Shown: positions 9,528 through 18,068 of the stretch, piece by piece
Layout of the letters: every line of letters starts with the position of its first letter
Numbering within the stretch: position 1 is the first letter of the stretch
Source: Candidatus Methylomirabilota bacterium
GTDB taxonomy: Bacteria > Methylomirabilota > Methylomirabilia > Rokubacteriales > CSP1-6
Assembly: GCA_035605575.1 (NCBI GenBank)
Contig: DASTCJ010000210.1
Location: 8,515 to 72,514 of the forward strand
Direction of reading: 5' to 3'
DNA length: 64,000 nt
Made by a program: the position numbers and the translations under genes
Notes under the pieces: model-generated
Database searches by the model: none
What the model saw: the letters and a program-made list of their open reading frames with translations, nothing else
What the model was told of the DNA's origin: nothing

Positions 9528-10781
9528 CTAGACTGCGGTCTCGGGCGCCGCCGCGGCCGGTGGCGCGATCTTCACCGCCTTGACGTGACGCGCATCCGCA
9601 TCCAGCACGGTGACCGTGTAGCGACCGACCTGGAACTCCTCGCCCATGCGCGGGATGCGGTGCAGCGTTGCCAGCACCAGCCCGGCCACGGTCTCATAGT
9701 CCTGTTTTGGAAGATTCCAATCGAGCGCCTCGTTCAGTTCCTCGATGTTCGTGCGCGCGGCGACCCAGTAGCTGCCATCGGGTAGCCGATCGACCGAGGC
9801 GGACGCGCGGTCGTGCTCGTCCTGGATCTCGCCGACGATCTGCTCCAGGATGTCCTCCAGCGTCACCACACCCGTCGATCCGCCGTACTCGTCGACGACG
9901 ACCGCCAGGTGATTGCGCGAGCGCTGCATCTCGCGCAGCAGATCATCGATGCGCTTGGTCTCCGGAACGTAGGAGACGGGCCGCCGCAGATCTCCGAGCG
10001 TGGCCACCTCGGCGCCGCGCTTGAGGAGATCCATGGCCGTCACCACGCCGACGAGGTCGGTCTCCCGCTGCGCGTACACCGGGATCCGCGAGAAGCCGCG
10101 CTGTCCGACGAGCGCGATGGCGTCGGCCGGTGTCGCGGTCTCGTGAAGCATCGCCACCTCCACGAGCGGCACCATCACCTCGCGGACGGTGGTATCGCCG
10201 AGATCGAAGATCTTGTCGATCATCTCCGCCTCGACGGTGGTGACGTCTGCCTCGTCCGGCTCCATCGCCAGCAGGGCCTTCAGCTCCTCGCGTGACACGA
10301 ACTGTCGCGTGTCGGCGGTGGGACCACCGACGAACCGGAGCAGCGCGGAGACGATCGAGGTCGTCGCCCAGACGAACGGTACCAGCAGCGCGGAAGCCCA
10401 GCGGATAGGCCGGTACCCGCGGAGGATGAGCATGGTGGCCCATTCGCGTGCCACCGCCTTCGGGATGATCTCGCCGAAGACGAGCATCACGGGGGTCAGT
10501 GCTGCCGTCACGACCCACGGCGCCCAGCCCCCCAGCACGGGCAGGAGCGCGAATGTCGCGGCCGAGGAGGCCACGATGTGAGCGATGGTCACGCCCATCA
10601 TCGCCGTGGACAGCACGCGCTCGGGCCGGCGAAAGTCCTCGAGATAGCGCGCGGCCGTCCGGCTCCCCTCTTCGGCGAGGTGGCGCAGGCGCAGCCGGTT
10701 GGCGGCGATGAACGCCATCTCGGCGGCCGAAAAGAACATCGTGACCACGAGGCAGGCGGCGGCGATCCAGACCAGACTCAC
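9528..10781 (-). CDS. CNNM/HlyC/CorC-family transporter (DUF21 + CBS pair + CorC_HlyC)
   Basis: 417-aa ORF with an N-terminal 4-TM DUF21, a CBS pair, and the C-terminal GHIP-like motif HRIPRMGEEF. Confidence 0.85.
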   Translation of the reverse strand: MSLVWIAAACLVVTMFFSAAEMAFIAANRLRLRHLAEEGSRTAARYLEDFRRPERVLSTAMMGVTIAHIVASSAATFALLPVLGGWAPWVVTAALTPVMLVFGEIIPKAVAREWATMLILRGYRPIRWASALLVPFVWATTSIVSALLRFVGGPTADTRQFVSREELKALLAMEPDEADVTTVEAEMIDKIFDLGDTTVREVMVPLVEVAMLHETATPADAIALVGQRGFSRIPVYAQRETDLVGVVTAMDLLKRGAEVATLGDLRRPVSYVPETKRIDDLLREMQRSRNHLAVVVDEYGGSTGVVTLEDILEQIVGEIQDEHDRASASVDRLPDGSYWVAARTNIEELNEALDWNLPKQDYETVAGLVLATLHRIPRMGEEFQVGRYTVTVLDADARHVKAVKIAPPAAAAPETAV

Positions 10782-12043
10782 GCCGCCGCCTCCGTCGACA
10801 CCGGTCGCGGCAACGAGATGAGCACCTCGATCACGCGGGTCCGCTCCACTTTCTCCACCGTCACCACCAGGTCGGCCGTCTCCGTCCGTTCGCCTTTGCG
10901 GGGGACGCGGCCAAAGAGGTCCAGCACCCAGCCGCCGACGGTGTCGTACGCTTCATCCGAGATGGCGAGTCCAGTGGCGGCGTTCAGATCCTCGACGGAC
11001 AGCTTGCCGGCCACGCGATACGTCCGCGCGTCGATCTTCTGGATCAGGCGCTCCGGCTCGTCGTACTCGTCGGCTATCTCGCCCACCAGCTCCTCGAGAA
11101 GGTCCTCGAGGGCCACGAGGCCGGCGGTACCGCCGAACTCGTCCACGACAATCGCGATGTGAAGCTTCTTGGCCTGGAACTCTTGCAGCAGCGCGTCCGC
11201 GCGCTTGGATTCGGGCACGAAGTACGGCGGATGCAGGTGCGCGCGAAGGTCGAAATCCGAGGGCAGTCCCTTCACGTAGGGCAGCAGGTCCTTCGTGTAC
11301 AGCACCCCCACGATGACGTCGATCGATCCCTCATAGACCGGCACCCGCGAGTGCAGCTGCTCGCGCAGCGCGGGAAGGATGTCGTCCACCGGCGTTTCGA
11401 CGTCGAGGCAGAACATGTCCGTGCGCGGCACCATCAGCGAGCGGACGAGCGTGTCCTCGAGCTCGAACACCTTGTGGATCATCTCCCGCTCCTCGCGCTC
11501 CACGATCCCTTCGCTGGCGCCGACGTCGACTAGTGTGCGCAGCTCCTCCTCGCTGAGCGACGCTTGCGTCTCACTGGCGTGACCGACCAGACGCACGGTG
11601 AGCGCGGTGAGGCTCGCGAGCACCACGCGGACCGGCGTCAAGAGCGTTTCGAGCCACCGCACCGGCCGACGGACGATCGCGAGAAAGCGTTCGGGGTATT
11701 TGACGGCCAGCGTCATCGGAAGTACTTCACCGAACGTCGTCAGCAGCAGCACCATGGCGACCATCTCGACGACGAGGCTATAGCGCATGCCGAAGAGGTC
11801 GTCGGCGATGCGCGTGGCCAGGGCGGAGGCGCCGATGTTGATCAGCGTGATGCCGACCAGCAGTGTCACCAGCAGATCGTGCGGCCGCGTGACCAGCGGC
11901 TCGGGAGCGCCCGGTTGCTTGGCGAAGCGGCGAAGCCGGGCGCGGCCGAGGGAGAAGTAGGCGGCCTCGGCGCCGGTGAGCAGTGCGGAGCATGCGATCA
12001 GCACGAAGAGCAGCGTCAGCTGTAAGAACACCGAATCAACCAC
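10778..12043 (-). CDS. CNNM/HlyC/CorC-family transporter, tandem paralogue
   Basis: 421-aa ORF with the same DUF21-CBS-CorC architecture. 4-nt overlap with the downstream paralogue. Confidence 0.85.
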   Translation of the reverse strand: MVDSVFLQLTLLFVLIACSALLTGAEAAYFSLGRARLRRFAKQPGAPEPLVTRPHDLLVTLLVGITLINIGASALATRIADDLFGMRYSLVVEMVAMVLLLTTFGEVLPMTLAVKYPERFLAIVRRPVRWLETLLTPVRVVLASLTALTVRLVGHASETQASLSEEELRTLVDVGASEGIVEREEREMIHKVFELEDTLVRSLMVPRTDMFCLDVETPVDDILPALREQLHSRVPVYEGSIDVIVGVLYTKDLLPYVKGLPSDFDLRAHLHPPYFVPESKRADALLQEFQAKKLHIAIVVDEFGGTAGLVALEDLLEELVGEIADEYDEPERLIQKIDARTYRVAGKLSVEDLNAATGLAISDEAYDTVGGWVLDLFGRVPRKGERTETADLVVTVEKVERTRVIEVLISLPRPVSTEAAA

Positions 12044-13049
12044 GGCTGAAATGCTCGAATCCCGTCGTCACCACGGCGTCGCGGCCATCCGTATCCCTCC
12101 ACCTCACACCGTGACCGGTGCGGATCTCCCCGACGGCCGTGAGGGCGGTGCCCAGGGCGGTGCGAAGGCCCGCACGCAATCGCTCGAAAGCGCCACGCTC
12201 GCAGGTGAGCAGCAGCTCGTAGTCCTCCCCTCCGCCGGTGGCCCACGCGATCGGGTCGTGATCGAGCGCCGCCGCCACGGCTCGTGCCGCGTCGGCCACG
12301 GGCAGGTGACGCAGATCGACCGTGGCGCCGGTGCCGCTCTCGGCGACCAGGCGTGGCAGGTCGGTGGCGATTCCGTCGGAAAGATCCATCATCGCGGTAA
12401 CACCACCGGCACCGCCGAGCCAGCGACCCTCCGCGACACGCGGGCGCGGCCGAAGATGCGCGTCGGTCACCTCGGCGAGCGTTGCGGGTGGAATACCCCC
12501 CGGAGCCCGCTCGCGCTCCAGGACGGTGAGCCCGGCCGCGGCGCGTCCGAGCGCACCGGTGACGGCGACGACGTCACCGGGCCGCGCAGTCGACCGCAGC
12601 AGCGGTGCGACCGCCTCGCCGAGGAGGGTGACGTTCACGGTCCAGCCAGCCGAGGAGGAAGTGTCGCCGCCGACGATGACGACGCCGTAGGCATCACACA
12701 GCGCCAGCGCACCCTCGTAAAAGGCCTCCACCTCGTCACAGCCCGTCCCGTCTGGACACGCGAGCGCCACCAGCGCCCAGCGCGGCGTGCCGCCCATCGC
12801 CGCGACGTCCGAGACATTGACCGCCATCGCTTTCCAGCCGATGTCCGCCGGCTCCGCCCAGCGCCGGCGAAAGTGCACGTTCTCGACGAGCAGATCGGTG
12901 GTCGCGAGGAGCATCGTGCCGGCGGACGGCTCGAGCACCGCGGCGTCGTCGCCGATCGAGCGGCGGACACCGGTCATACCGGATCGCGCGGCCCGAGCTC
13001 TGATCAGCCGGACGAGGTCGTCCTCGGACAGTCGTGGGGAGGCTCTCAT
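12036..13049 (-). CDS. thiL: Thiamine-monophosphate kinase
   Basis: ATG at 13049 forms an ATGA overlap with the trpG stop. The product begins [16 protein letters not shown]...IGDDAAVL...[11 protein letters not shown], which is AIR-synthase/ThiL-like. The ORF-track extension up to 13394 is antisense-frame read-through into trpG. Confidence 0.85.
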   Translation of the reverse strand: MRASPRLSEDDLVRLIRARAARSGMTGVRRSIGDDAAVLEPSAGTMLLATTDLLVENVHFRRRWAEPADIGWKAMAVNVSDVAAMGGTPRWALVALACPDGTGCDEVEAFYEGALALCDAYGVVIVGGDTSSSAGWTVNVTLLGEAVAPLLRSTARPGDVVAVTGALGRAAAGLTVLERERAPGGIPPATLAEVTDAHLRPRPRVAEGRWLGGAGGVTAMMDLSDGIATDLPRLVAESGTGATVDLRHLPVADAARAVAAALDHDPIAWATGGGEDYELLLTCERGAFERLRAGLRTALGTALTAVGEIRTGHGVRWRDTDGRDAVVTTGFEHFSRG

Positions 13050-13627
13050 GCGCGGGCGACCGCGGCACCGCCCAGGAAGTTGCCGAGCAGCCGCTTGCCC
13101 TCGAGCGTGAGGATCGACTCCGGGTGAAACTGCACGCCCTCGATCGGCAGCCGGCGATGACGGACGCCCATGATCTCGCCGTCCTCCGCCCATGCTGTCA
13201 CTTCCAGCTCTGCGGGCACGCTGTCCGGCAGGATGACGAGCGAGTGATAGCGCGTCGCCGTGAACGGGTTCGACAGCCCGGCGAATACGCCGCGGCCGTC
13301 GTGGCGGATCTCCGACGTCTTGCCGTGCATCTGGATCTTGGCGCGCGCCACGATGCCACCGAATGCCTGACCGATCGCCTGGTGGCCGAGGCACACGCCG
13401 AGAATCGGCACGGCCTGGCCGAGCTGCCGGATGACCTCGAGCGACACCCCGGCCTGGTCGGGCGTGCCGGGCCCCGGGGACACGACGATCCGTTCGGGCC
13501 GGAGCGCGGCCACGTCGGCCACGTCCAGCGCGTCGTTGCGGACCACGTGAGGCTCGGCCCCGAGCTCGCCGAGATACTGGACAAGGTTGTATGTGAACGA
13601 GTCGTAGTTGTCGATGACGAGGATCAT
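13046..13627 (-). CDS. trpG: Anthranilate synthase component II (glutamine amidotransferase)
   Basis: ATG at 13627 gives [23 protein letters not shown]. Catalytic GVCLGHQ is present. ATGA overlap with trpE. Confidence 0.9.
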   Translation of the reverse strand: MILVIDNYDSFTYNLVQYLGELGAEPHVVRNDALDVADVAALRPERIVVSPGPGTPDQAGVSLEVIRQLGQAVPILGVCLGHQAIGQAFGGIVARAKIQMHGKTSEIRHDGRGVFAGLSNPFTATRYHSLVILPDSVPAELEVTAWAEDGEIMGVRHRRLPIEGVQFHPESILTLEGKRLLGNFLGGAAVARA

Positions 13628-15072
13628 GGCTGCCGTCCCGCTGCCGCCATGCGGAGCGCGAGGATCATCCCGCGCGCCTTTGAGCACGTCTCCAGCCACT
13701 CGGTCTTGGGATCGGAGTCGGCGACGATGCCGGCACCGACCTGGATCGACGCGCGATTGCCGTGGCAGACGATCGTCCGGATCGTGATGCAGGAATCCAG
13801 GTTGCCCGAGTACGAGATGTAGCCGACCGCGCCGGCGTACGGTCCGCGACGCGTGGGCTCGATGGCGTCGATGATCTCCATCGCGCGGATCTTCGGCGCG
13901 CCACTGACAGTGCCGGCCGGAAAGCACGCGCGCAGCACATCGAAGGCGTCAGCGCCGCCCCGCAGCTTGCCGATCACGTGACTGACCAGATGCATCACGT
14001 GCGAGTAGCGCTCGGTCACCATGAACTCCGTGACCTTCACCGAGCCCAGCTCGCTCACGCGTCCAACGTCGTTGCGGCCGAGATCCACCAGCATGACATG
14101 CTCGGCGCGCTCCTTCGGATCGGTCTGCATCTGCGCCTCGATCGCCCGATCCTGGGCCTCGTTGGCTCCGCGGGGATGCGTGCCGGCGATGGGGCGCTCT
14201 TCGACGCGGTCGTCCTCGAGCCGTACGAGCACTTCCGGCGAGGAGCCGACGATCGTCGTCTTGCCGAGACGCAGGAAGAACAGGTAGGGCGACGGATTGA
14301 TCGTTCGCAACGCCCGGTAGACAGTGAACGGATCCGCCTCCAGCCGTGTGTCGAGCCGGCGCGACAGGACGATCTGGTATGCATCGCCGGCGGCGATGTA
14401 TTCCTTCGCGCGTCGCACCGCCTCGGTGAACGCGCCCTCGTCCATGGTGGACGTGAAGCCTTCTTCGCCGAGCGCCTGCAATGGCGCTGCTGGCGCCAGC
14501 GACAGCGCGGCCGGCGGCCGAGCCGGTCGCGCCAGCTTTGCGACGGTCATGCCGATCTTCAGCGCCGCGCGATCGTACGCCGCATCGAGCCCGGCGGGGT
14601 CGCGCTTGTCGATCCGCGCGTTCGCGATGACGAGCAGGCGATGCCGGAGGTTGTCGAAGACCAGCAACGTCTCGGTGAGCATGAACACGGCGTCGGGCAG
14701 CTCGAGATCGTCCTTGGCGACGCGCGGCAGGCGCTCCATGTGGCCGACCATGTCGTAGCCGAGGAAGCCTACGGCGCCTCCCTGAAAGCGGGGGAGGCCG
14801 GGAACCGCGACCGGCTGCACTTCCTGCAGCAAACTTCGTAGCGCCACGAGCGGATCGCCATCGGGCAGTCGCTCGGTGCGCCCTCCTTTTCGTAGCGTGA
14901 TGCGGCCGTTCTTCGCGCTCAGGACGATGAGCGGATCGCCGCCGAGAAAGGAGTACCTCGCCCACTTCTCTCCGCCTTCGACGGACTCCAGCAAGAAGGC
15001 ATAGGGGCCCGGCCGAAGCCGCAGATAGGCGGAAAGCGGCGTGTCGAGGTCCGCCGGGAGCTCGGCGAACAC
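13624..15072 (-). CDS. trpE: Anthranilate synthase component I
   Basis: 482-aa ORF from GTG 15072. Contains the [19 protein letters not shown] feedback-site motif and a chorismate-binding C-terminal domain. The conserved N-terminus appears to extend upstream to about 15129, where there is no canonical start (see findings). Confidence 0.9.
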   Translation of the reverse strand: MFAELPADLDTPLSAYLRLRPGPYAFLLESVEGGEKWARYSFLGGDPLIVLSAKNGRITLRKGGRTERLPDGDPLVALRSLLQEVQPVAVPGLPRFQGGAVGFLGYDMVGHMERLPRVAKDDLELPDAVFMLTETLLVFDNLRHRLLVIANARIDKRDPAGLDAAYDRAALKIGMTVAKLARPARPPAALSLAPAAPLQALGEEGFTSTMDEGAFTEAVRRAKEYIAAGDAYQIVLSRRLDTRLEADPFTVYRALRTINPSPYLFFLRLGKTTIVGSSPEVLVRLEDDRVEERPIAGTHPRGANEAQDRAIEAQMQTDPKERAEHVMLVDLGRNDVGRVSELGSVKVTEFMVTERYSHVMHLVSHVIGKLRGGADAFDVLRACFPAGTVSGAPKIRAMEIIDAIEPTRRGPYAGAVGYISYSGNLDSCITIRTIVCHGNRASIQVGAGIVADSDPKTEWLETCSKARGMILALRMAAAGRQP

Positions 15073-15180
15073 TGGGACAAGATTGCCCTGTCCCGCGAGG
15101 CGACGAAAGTCGTCCCGGGTCGGCGACAGCGAGGGTATGGATATCCCGGCGGAGCTGATGCGCGGACTCGGCGATGCGCG

Positions 15181-15510
15181 CTAGACGCCCAGCGCGGCCA
15201 GCTTTTCCTTCAGTTTTGTGCGGGGTACGGCACCGACGACTTGGTCCACGACCTTTCCGTCCTTCACGAACAAAACGGTCGGAATCGACCGGATCCCGTA
15301 GCGGGCCGCCAGCCCGTGGTTCTCGTCCACGTTGACCTTTGCGAGTGTAAGACGTCCGCCGGCGTCCCGCGCGAGCTCTTCCAGTACTGGCGCGATCGCC
15401 TTACACGGTCCACACCACTCCGCCCAGAAGTCGACCATTAGCAGCCCGTCGGCCTGTGCAAGAGTCTCATCGAAATTCTGCTCGGTCAGGTGGACGGTCG
15501 AATCGGCCAT
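15181..15510 (-). CDS. trxA: Thioredoxin
   Basis: ATG at 15510 gives MADSTVHLTEQNFDETL...FWAEWCGPCK (109 aa). Confidence 0.9.
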   Translation of the reverse strand: MADSTVHLTEQNFDETLAQADGLLMVDFWAEWCGPCKAIAPVLEELARDAGGRLTLAKVNVDENHGLAARYGIRSIPTVLFVKDGKVVDQVVGAVPRTKLKEKLAALGV

Positions 15511-15638
15511 GTGGTCTCCTCCGTAAAAAGTCAACGCCCACGCTAACATATACGTCGGTGAGGGGCAAGGCCAGTGATAGGGCAGGTGCATCTAATACTT
15601 GTCAGTTTGACACCTCTGCATGCTAGAGTCGCAGTACA

Positions 15639-16991
15639 GTGGATGCGGCGAAAGTCCTGATCGTCGACGACGAGCGATCCATTCTCCTCCTCCTGAAAGA
15701 AGCCCTGAGCCAGTGGGGGTATCAGGTCGCCGTGGCCGCTTCGGCGGCCGACGCTCTCGGGATGCTGAAATCCGAGCTCTTCGACGCCCTCATCACGGAC
15801 ATTCGCATGCCCGACATGAGCGGCCTCGAGCTGCTGCGTGAGGTGAAGAAGCAGGACGAATCGATCGAAGTCGTCATGATGACCGGGTATCCGACCATCG
15901 CGTCTGCCGTCCAGGCGCTGAAGGAAGGCGCGTACGACTACCTGTCGAAGCCACTGATTCTCGACGAGCTCCGACATCTGATGTCCCGGATGATGGAGCG
16001 GAAGTTCCTTCGGGGCGAGGTATCGACGCTGCGGGCGCGGCTCGGCGAAGAGCTCACGGTGAACGAGCTGATCGGGACGTCGGCGCCGATGGAGCGCGTG
16101 AAGGAGATCATCGGCAAGGTCGCCGTGACCGACTCGCCGGTGCTGATCGAGGGCGAGAGCGGCACGGGCAAGGAGCTGGTGGCGGCCGCCATTCATCGCC
16201 TCTCTTCGCGCGCCAAGCGGCCGTTCATCCCCGTCAACTGCAGCGCGATTCCCCAGGATCTGCTCGAGTCGGAGTTCTTCGGCCACGTGCGCGGCGCCTT
16301 TTCCGGAGCCGTGGCGGATGCGCTCGGCCTCTTCCGCGGCGCTGACGAAGGCACGATCTTCCTCGACGAGATCGCCGAGCTATCGCCTGCGCTCCAGGTG
16401 AAGCTCCTGCGCGTCTTGCAGGAGATGCAGGTCCGGCCCGTCGGCTCCACCAAGGCCTATCCGGTGGACGTCCGCGTGATCGCGGCCACCAACCGCGATC
16501 TTGAGCGTGCCATGACGGAGGGCTCCTTTCGCCAGGACCTGTTCTACCGACTGAACGTCGTACGAATCATGCTTCCGCCACTCCGCGAGCGACGCGACGA
16601 CATCCAGGCGCTGGTGAGCCACTTCCTGCGTCGCTTCAACCGCCGGTTCCATCGCGAGGTCCGCGGGATCGCCCCCGATGCGCTGGCGGCCCTGACGGCC
16701 TACACGTTTCCCGGCAACGTTCGCGAGCTGGAGAACCTGATCGAGCGGGCGTATGCCATGGGTGCTCGAGAGCAGATTCAGCTGAGCGACCTGCCGACGC
16801 TGAGCAAAGCGGCGGCGGCGGCGCCGCCGGTGACGTCTCCGGATAGCGTGCCCGCACTCGGCGATGTCGAACGCGAGCTGATCCTCAAAGCGCTCGCCGT
16901 CTTCAAGGACGACAAGGAAGCCGCCGCGAAGGCGCTCGGGATCTCGCGCCGCACGATCTATCGCCGCCTGAAGGAGTACGGAGTCCTCTAG
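15639..16991 (+). CDS. Sigma-54-dependent response regulator (REC + AAA+ bEBP + Fis-type HTH)
   Basis: 450-aa ORF. REC domain with DDERS...D. Walker A GESGTGKE, GAFSGA loop, C-terminal HTH. No histidine kinase gene is adjacent. Confidence 0.9.
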   Translation: MDAAKVLIVDDERSILLLLKEALSQWGYQVAVAASAADALGMLKSELFDALITDIRMPDMSGLELLREVKKQDESIEVVMMTGYPTIASAVQALKEGAYDYLSKPLILDELRHLMSRMMERKFLRGEVSTLRARLGEELTVNELIGTSAPMERVKEIIGKVAVTDSPVLIEGESGTGKELVAAAIHRLSSRAKRPFIPVNCSAIPQDLLESEFFGHVRGAFSGAVADALGLFRGADEGTIFLDEIAELSPALQVKLLRVLQEMQVRPVGSTKAYPVDVRVIAATNRDLERAMTEGSFRQDLFYRLNVVRIMLPPLRERRDDIQALVSHFLRRFNRRFHREVRGIAPDALAALTAYTFPGNVRELENLIERAYAMGAREQIQLSDLPTLSKAAAAAPPVTSPDSVPALGDVERELILKALAVFKDDKEAAAKALGISRRTIYRRLKEYGVL

Positions 16992-16998
16992 GCAGCGG

Positions 16999-17016
16999 CG
17001 GCACCTCACGGTGCCG
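16999..17016 (+). terminator. Hairpin just after the bEBP stop; candidate terminator or protein-binding palindrome
   Basis: cggcacc-tcac-ggtgccg, a 7-bp stem with no U-tract. Confidence 0.3.
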
Positions 17017-17033
17017 AATCCCGTCAGTTCCTT

Positions 17034-17050
17034 GGTGTCGCGTTGACACC
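17034..17050 (+). promoter_or_regulatory. Inverted repeat GGTGTC-N5-GACACC; candidate enhancer (UAS) for the downstream sigma-54 promoter
   Basis: Perfect 6-bp arms, centred about 60 bp upstream of the -24 element at 17101. Confidence 0.25.
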
Positions 17051-17100
17051 GACCCTGCCGAATATCGAAGAAATCCTCAGTTTTTCACCATGTCGCGCTT

Positions 17101-17116
17101 TGGCACTCGCGCTGCA
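17101..17116 (+). promoter_or_regulatory. Sigma-54 (-24/-12) promoter
   Basis: TGGCAC-tcgcg-CTGCA against the consensus TGGCAC-N5-TTGCA, with correct GG/GC spacing. It lies between the bEBP gene and the ATG at 17130. Confidence 0.6.
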
Positions 17117-17129
17117 TGGCTCCGGCCCC

Positions 17130-18068
17130 ATGACTACGGCACTCGCCGGTCCGATGCCCTCGACACTCGAGGTCGGACTCGGGCTCGCCTCGCGCTGTTC
17201 TGGACCGGAAGCCATCGCTCGCGCCGCCTCGATTGCCACGTCGCGGCTGCATGGAGCCACTCCGGACCTCGCCCTCATCGTGACGGCCGGCTCGCCGGTC
17301 CCCGATGCAGGGCAGCACGCGCGAAACGTGCTCGGACCGATCCAGCTCGCCGGCGGAGCGACCGCTGCGATTTTGACGGATGACGGCCCCATGAAGGAAG
17401 GCGCGCTCGTCGCCTGCGTGGCCAACGCAGACGGCGCCGCGAGCGGGGTCGCGGCCACCGCGGGACGCGATCTCACCGATGCTGGCAAGGCGGCCGCCCG
17501 GCTGATTCTGTCCGGCTGGCCATTCCGCGCGCGCTATCCGCGCGGCCTCGGCATCGCCTTCGCGCGTCCGGCGACGGGAGAGTCGGCTCAGTTGTTCCTC
17601 GACTCCTGGCGCGACTTCATGGGGCCTAAGATGCGTACCGTATGCGGCATCCTGACGACGCCCGTGCTCTACGGCGGCACCCGTGAGCGACCGCCGCTGG
17701 TGAGCGTGGCGTGCGTCGAGGCGCCGTATTCGACCGGCCTCGGCTACACGGACGTGACGTGCGTCGACGGCACGCCATCCATCGATGCGCTCGTGCACGG
17801 CGCGGCGGATGCGACGCTGACCGCTGTCAAACGCCTCGACGGCCGCCCTGCGAAGCTCGTCCTCGTGATCGAGAGCGCCGACCGTCACGCGATGCTCGGC
17901 GACGCCGCGCGCACCGAGTGGGCCGCCATGCGTAGCCAGATCGACGAGACCACGCCATGTGTCGGCTGGCTGGTCCAAGAGGTGGCGGCGTATGGGCGAG
18001 GCGTTCAACCGACCGCCGCCCGCGGCTCCCTGGTCGTCGTCGCCCTCGGCGACGCGCCCCGCGGCTGA
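17130..18068 (+). CDS. Hypothetical protein, possibly a FIST-like sensory domain protein
   Basis: High GC3 in this frame. Start set at ATG 17130 because the ORF-track start (17043) lies upstream of the sigma-54 promoter. The FIST assignment is only a weak pattern impression (PDLALIVTAGS..., C-terminal GW..E.A.YG). Confidence 0.5.
   Translation: MTTALAGPMPSTLEVGLGLASRCSGPEAIARAASIATSRLHGATPDLALIVTAGSPVPDAGQHARNVLGPIQLAGGATAAILTDDGPMKEGALVACVANADGAASGVAATAGRDLTDAGKAAARLILSGWPFRARYPRGLGIAFARPATGESAQLFLDSWRDFMGPKMRTVCGILTTPVLYGGTRERPPLVSVACVEAPYSTGLGYTDVTCVDGTPSIDALVHGAADATLTAVKRLDGRPAKLVLVIESADRHAMLGDAARTEWAAMRSQIDETTPCVGWLVQEVAAYGRGVQPTAARGSLVVVALGDAPRG

Noticed and set aside
15073-15183. The trxA stop codon TAG is in frame with the stop-free upstream extension of trpE. 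Read-through would give a TrxA-TrpE fusion.
   Set aside because: A frame match has a one-in-three chance, and stop-free stretches are common at this GC content. There is no recoding signal that I can recognise. Non-canonical initiation or a base error is more parsimonious.
17043-17129. Upstream 29 codons of the FIST-like ORF (MTPTLPNIEEILSFSPCRALALALHGSGP).
   Set aside because: This stretch contains the sigma-54 promoter itself (17101-17116), so it is probably untranslated. The call depends on that promoter being real.
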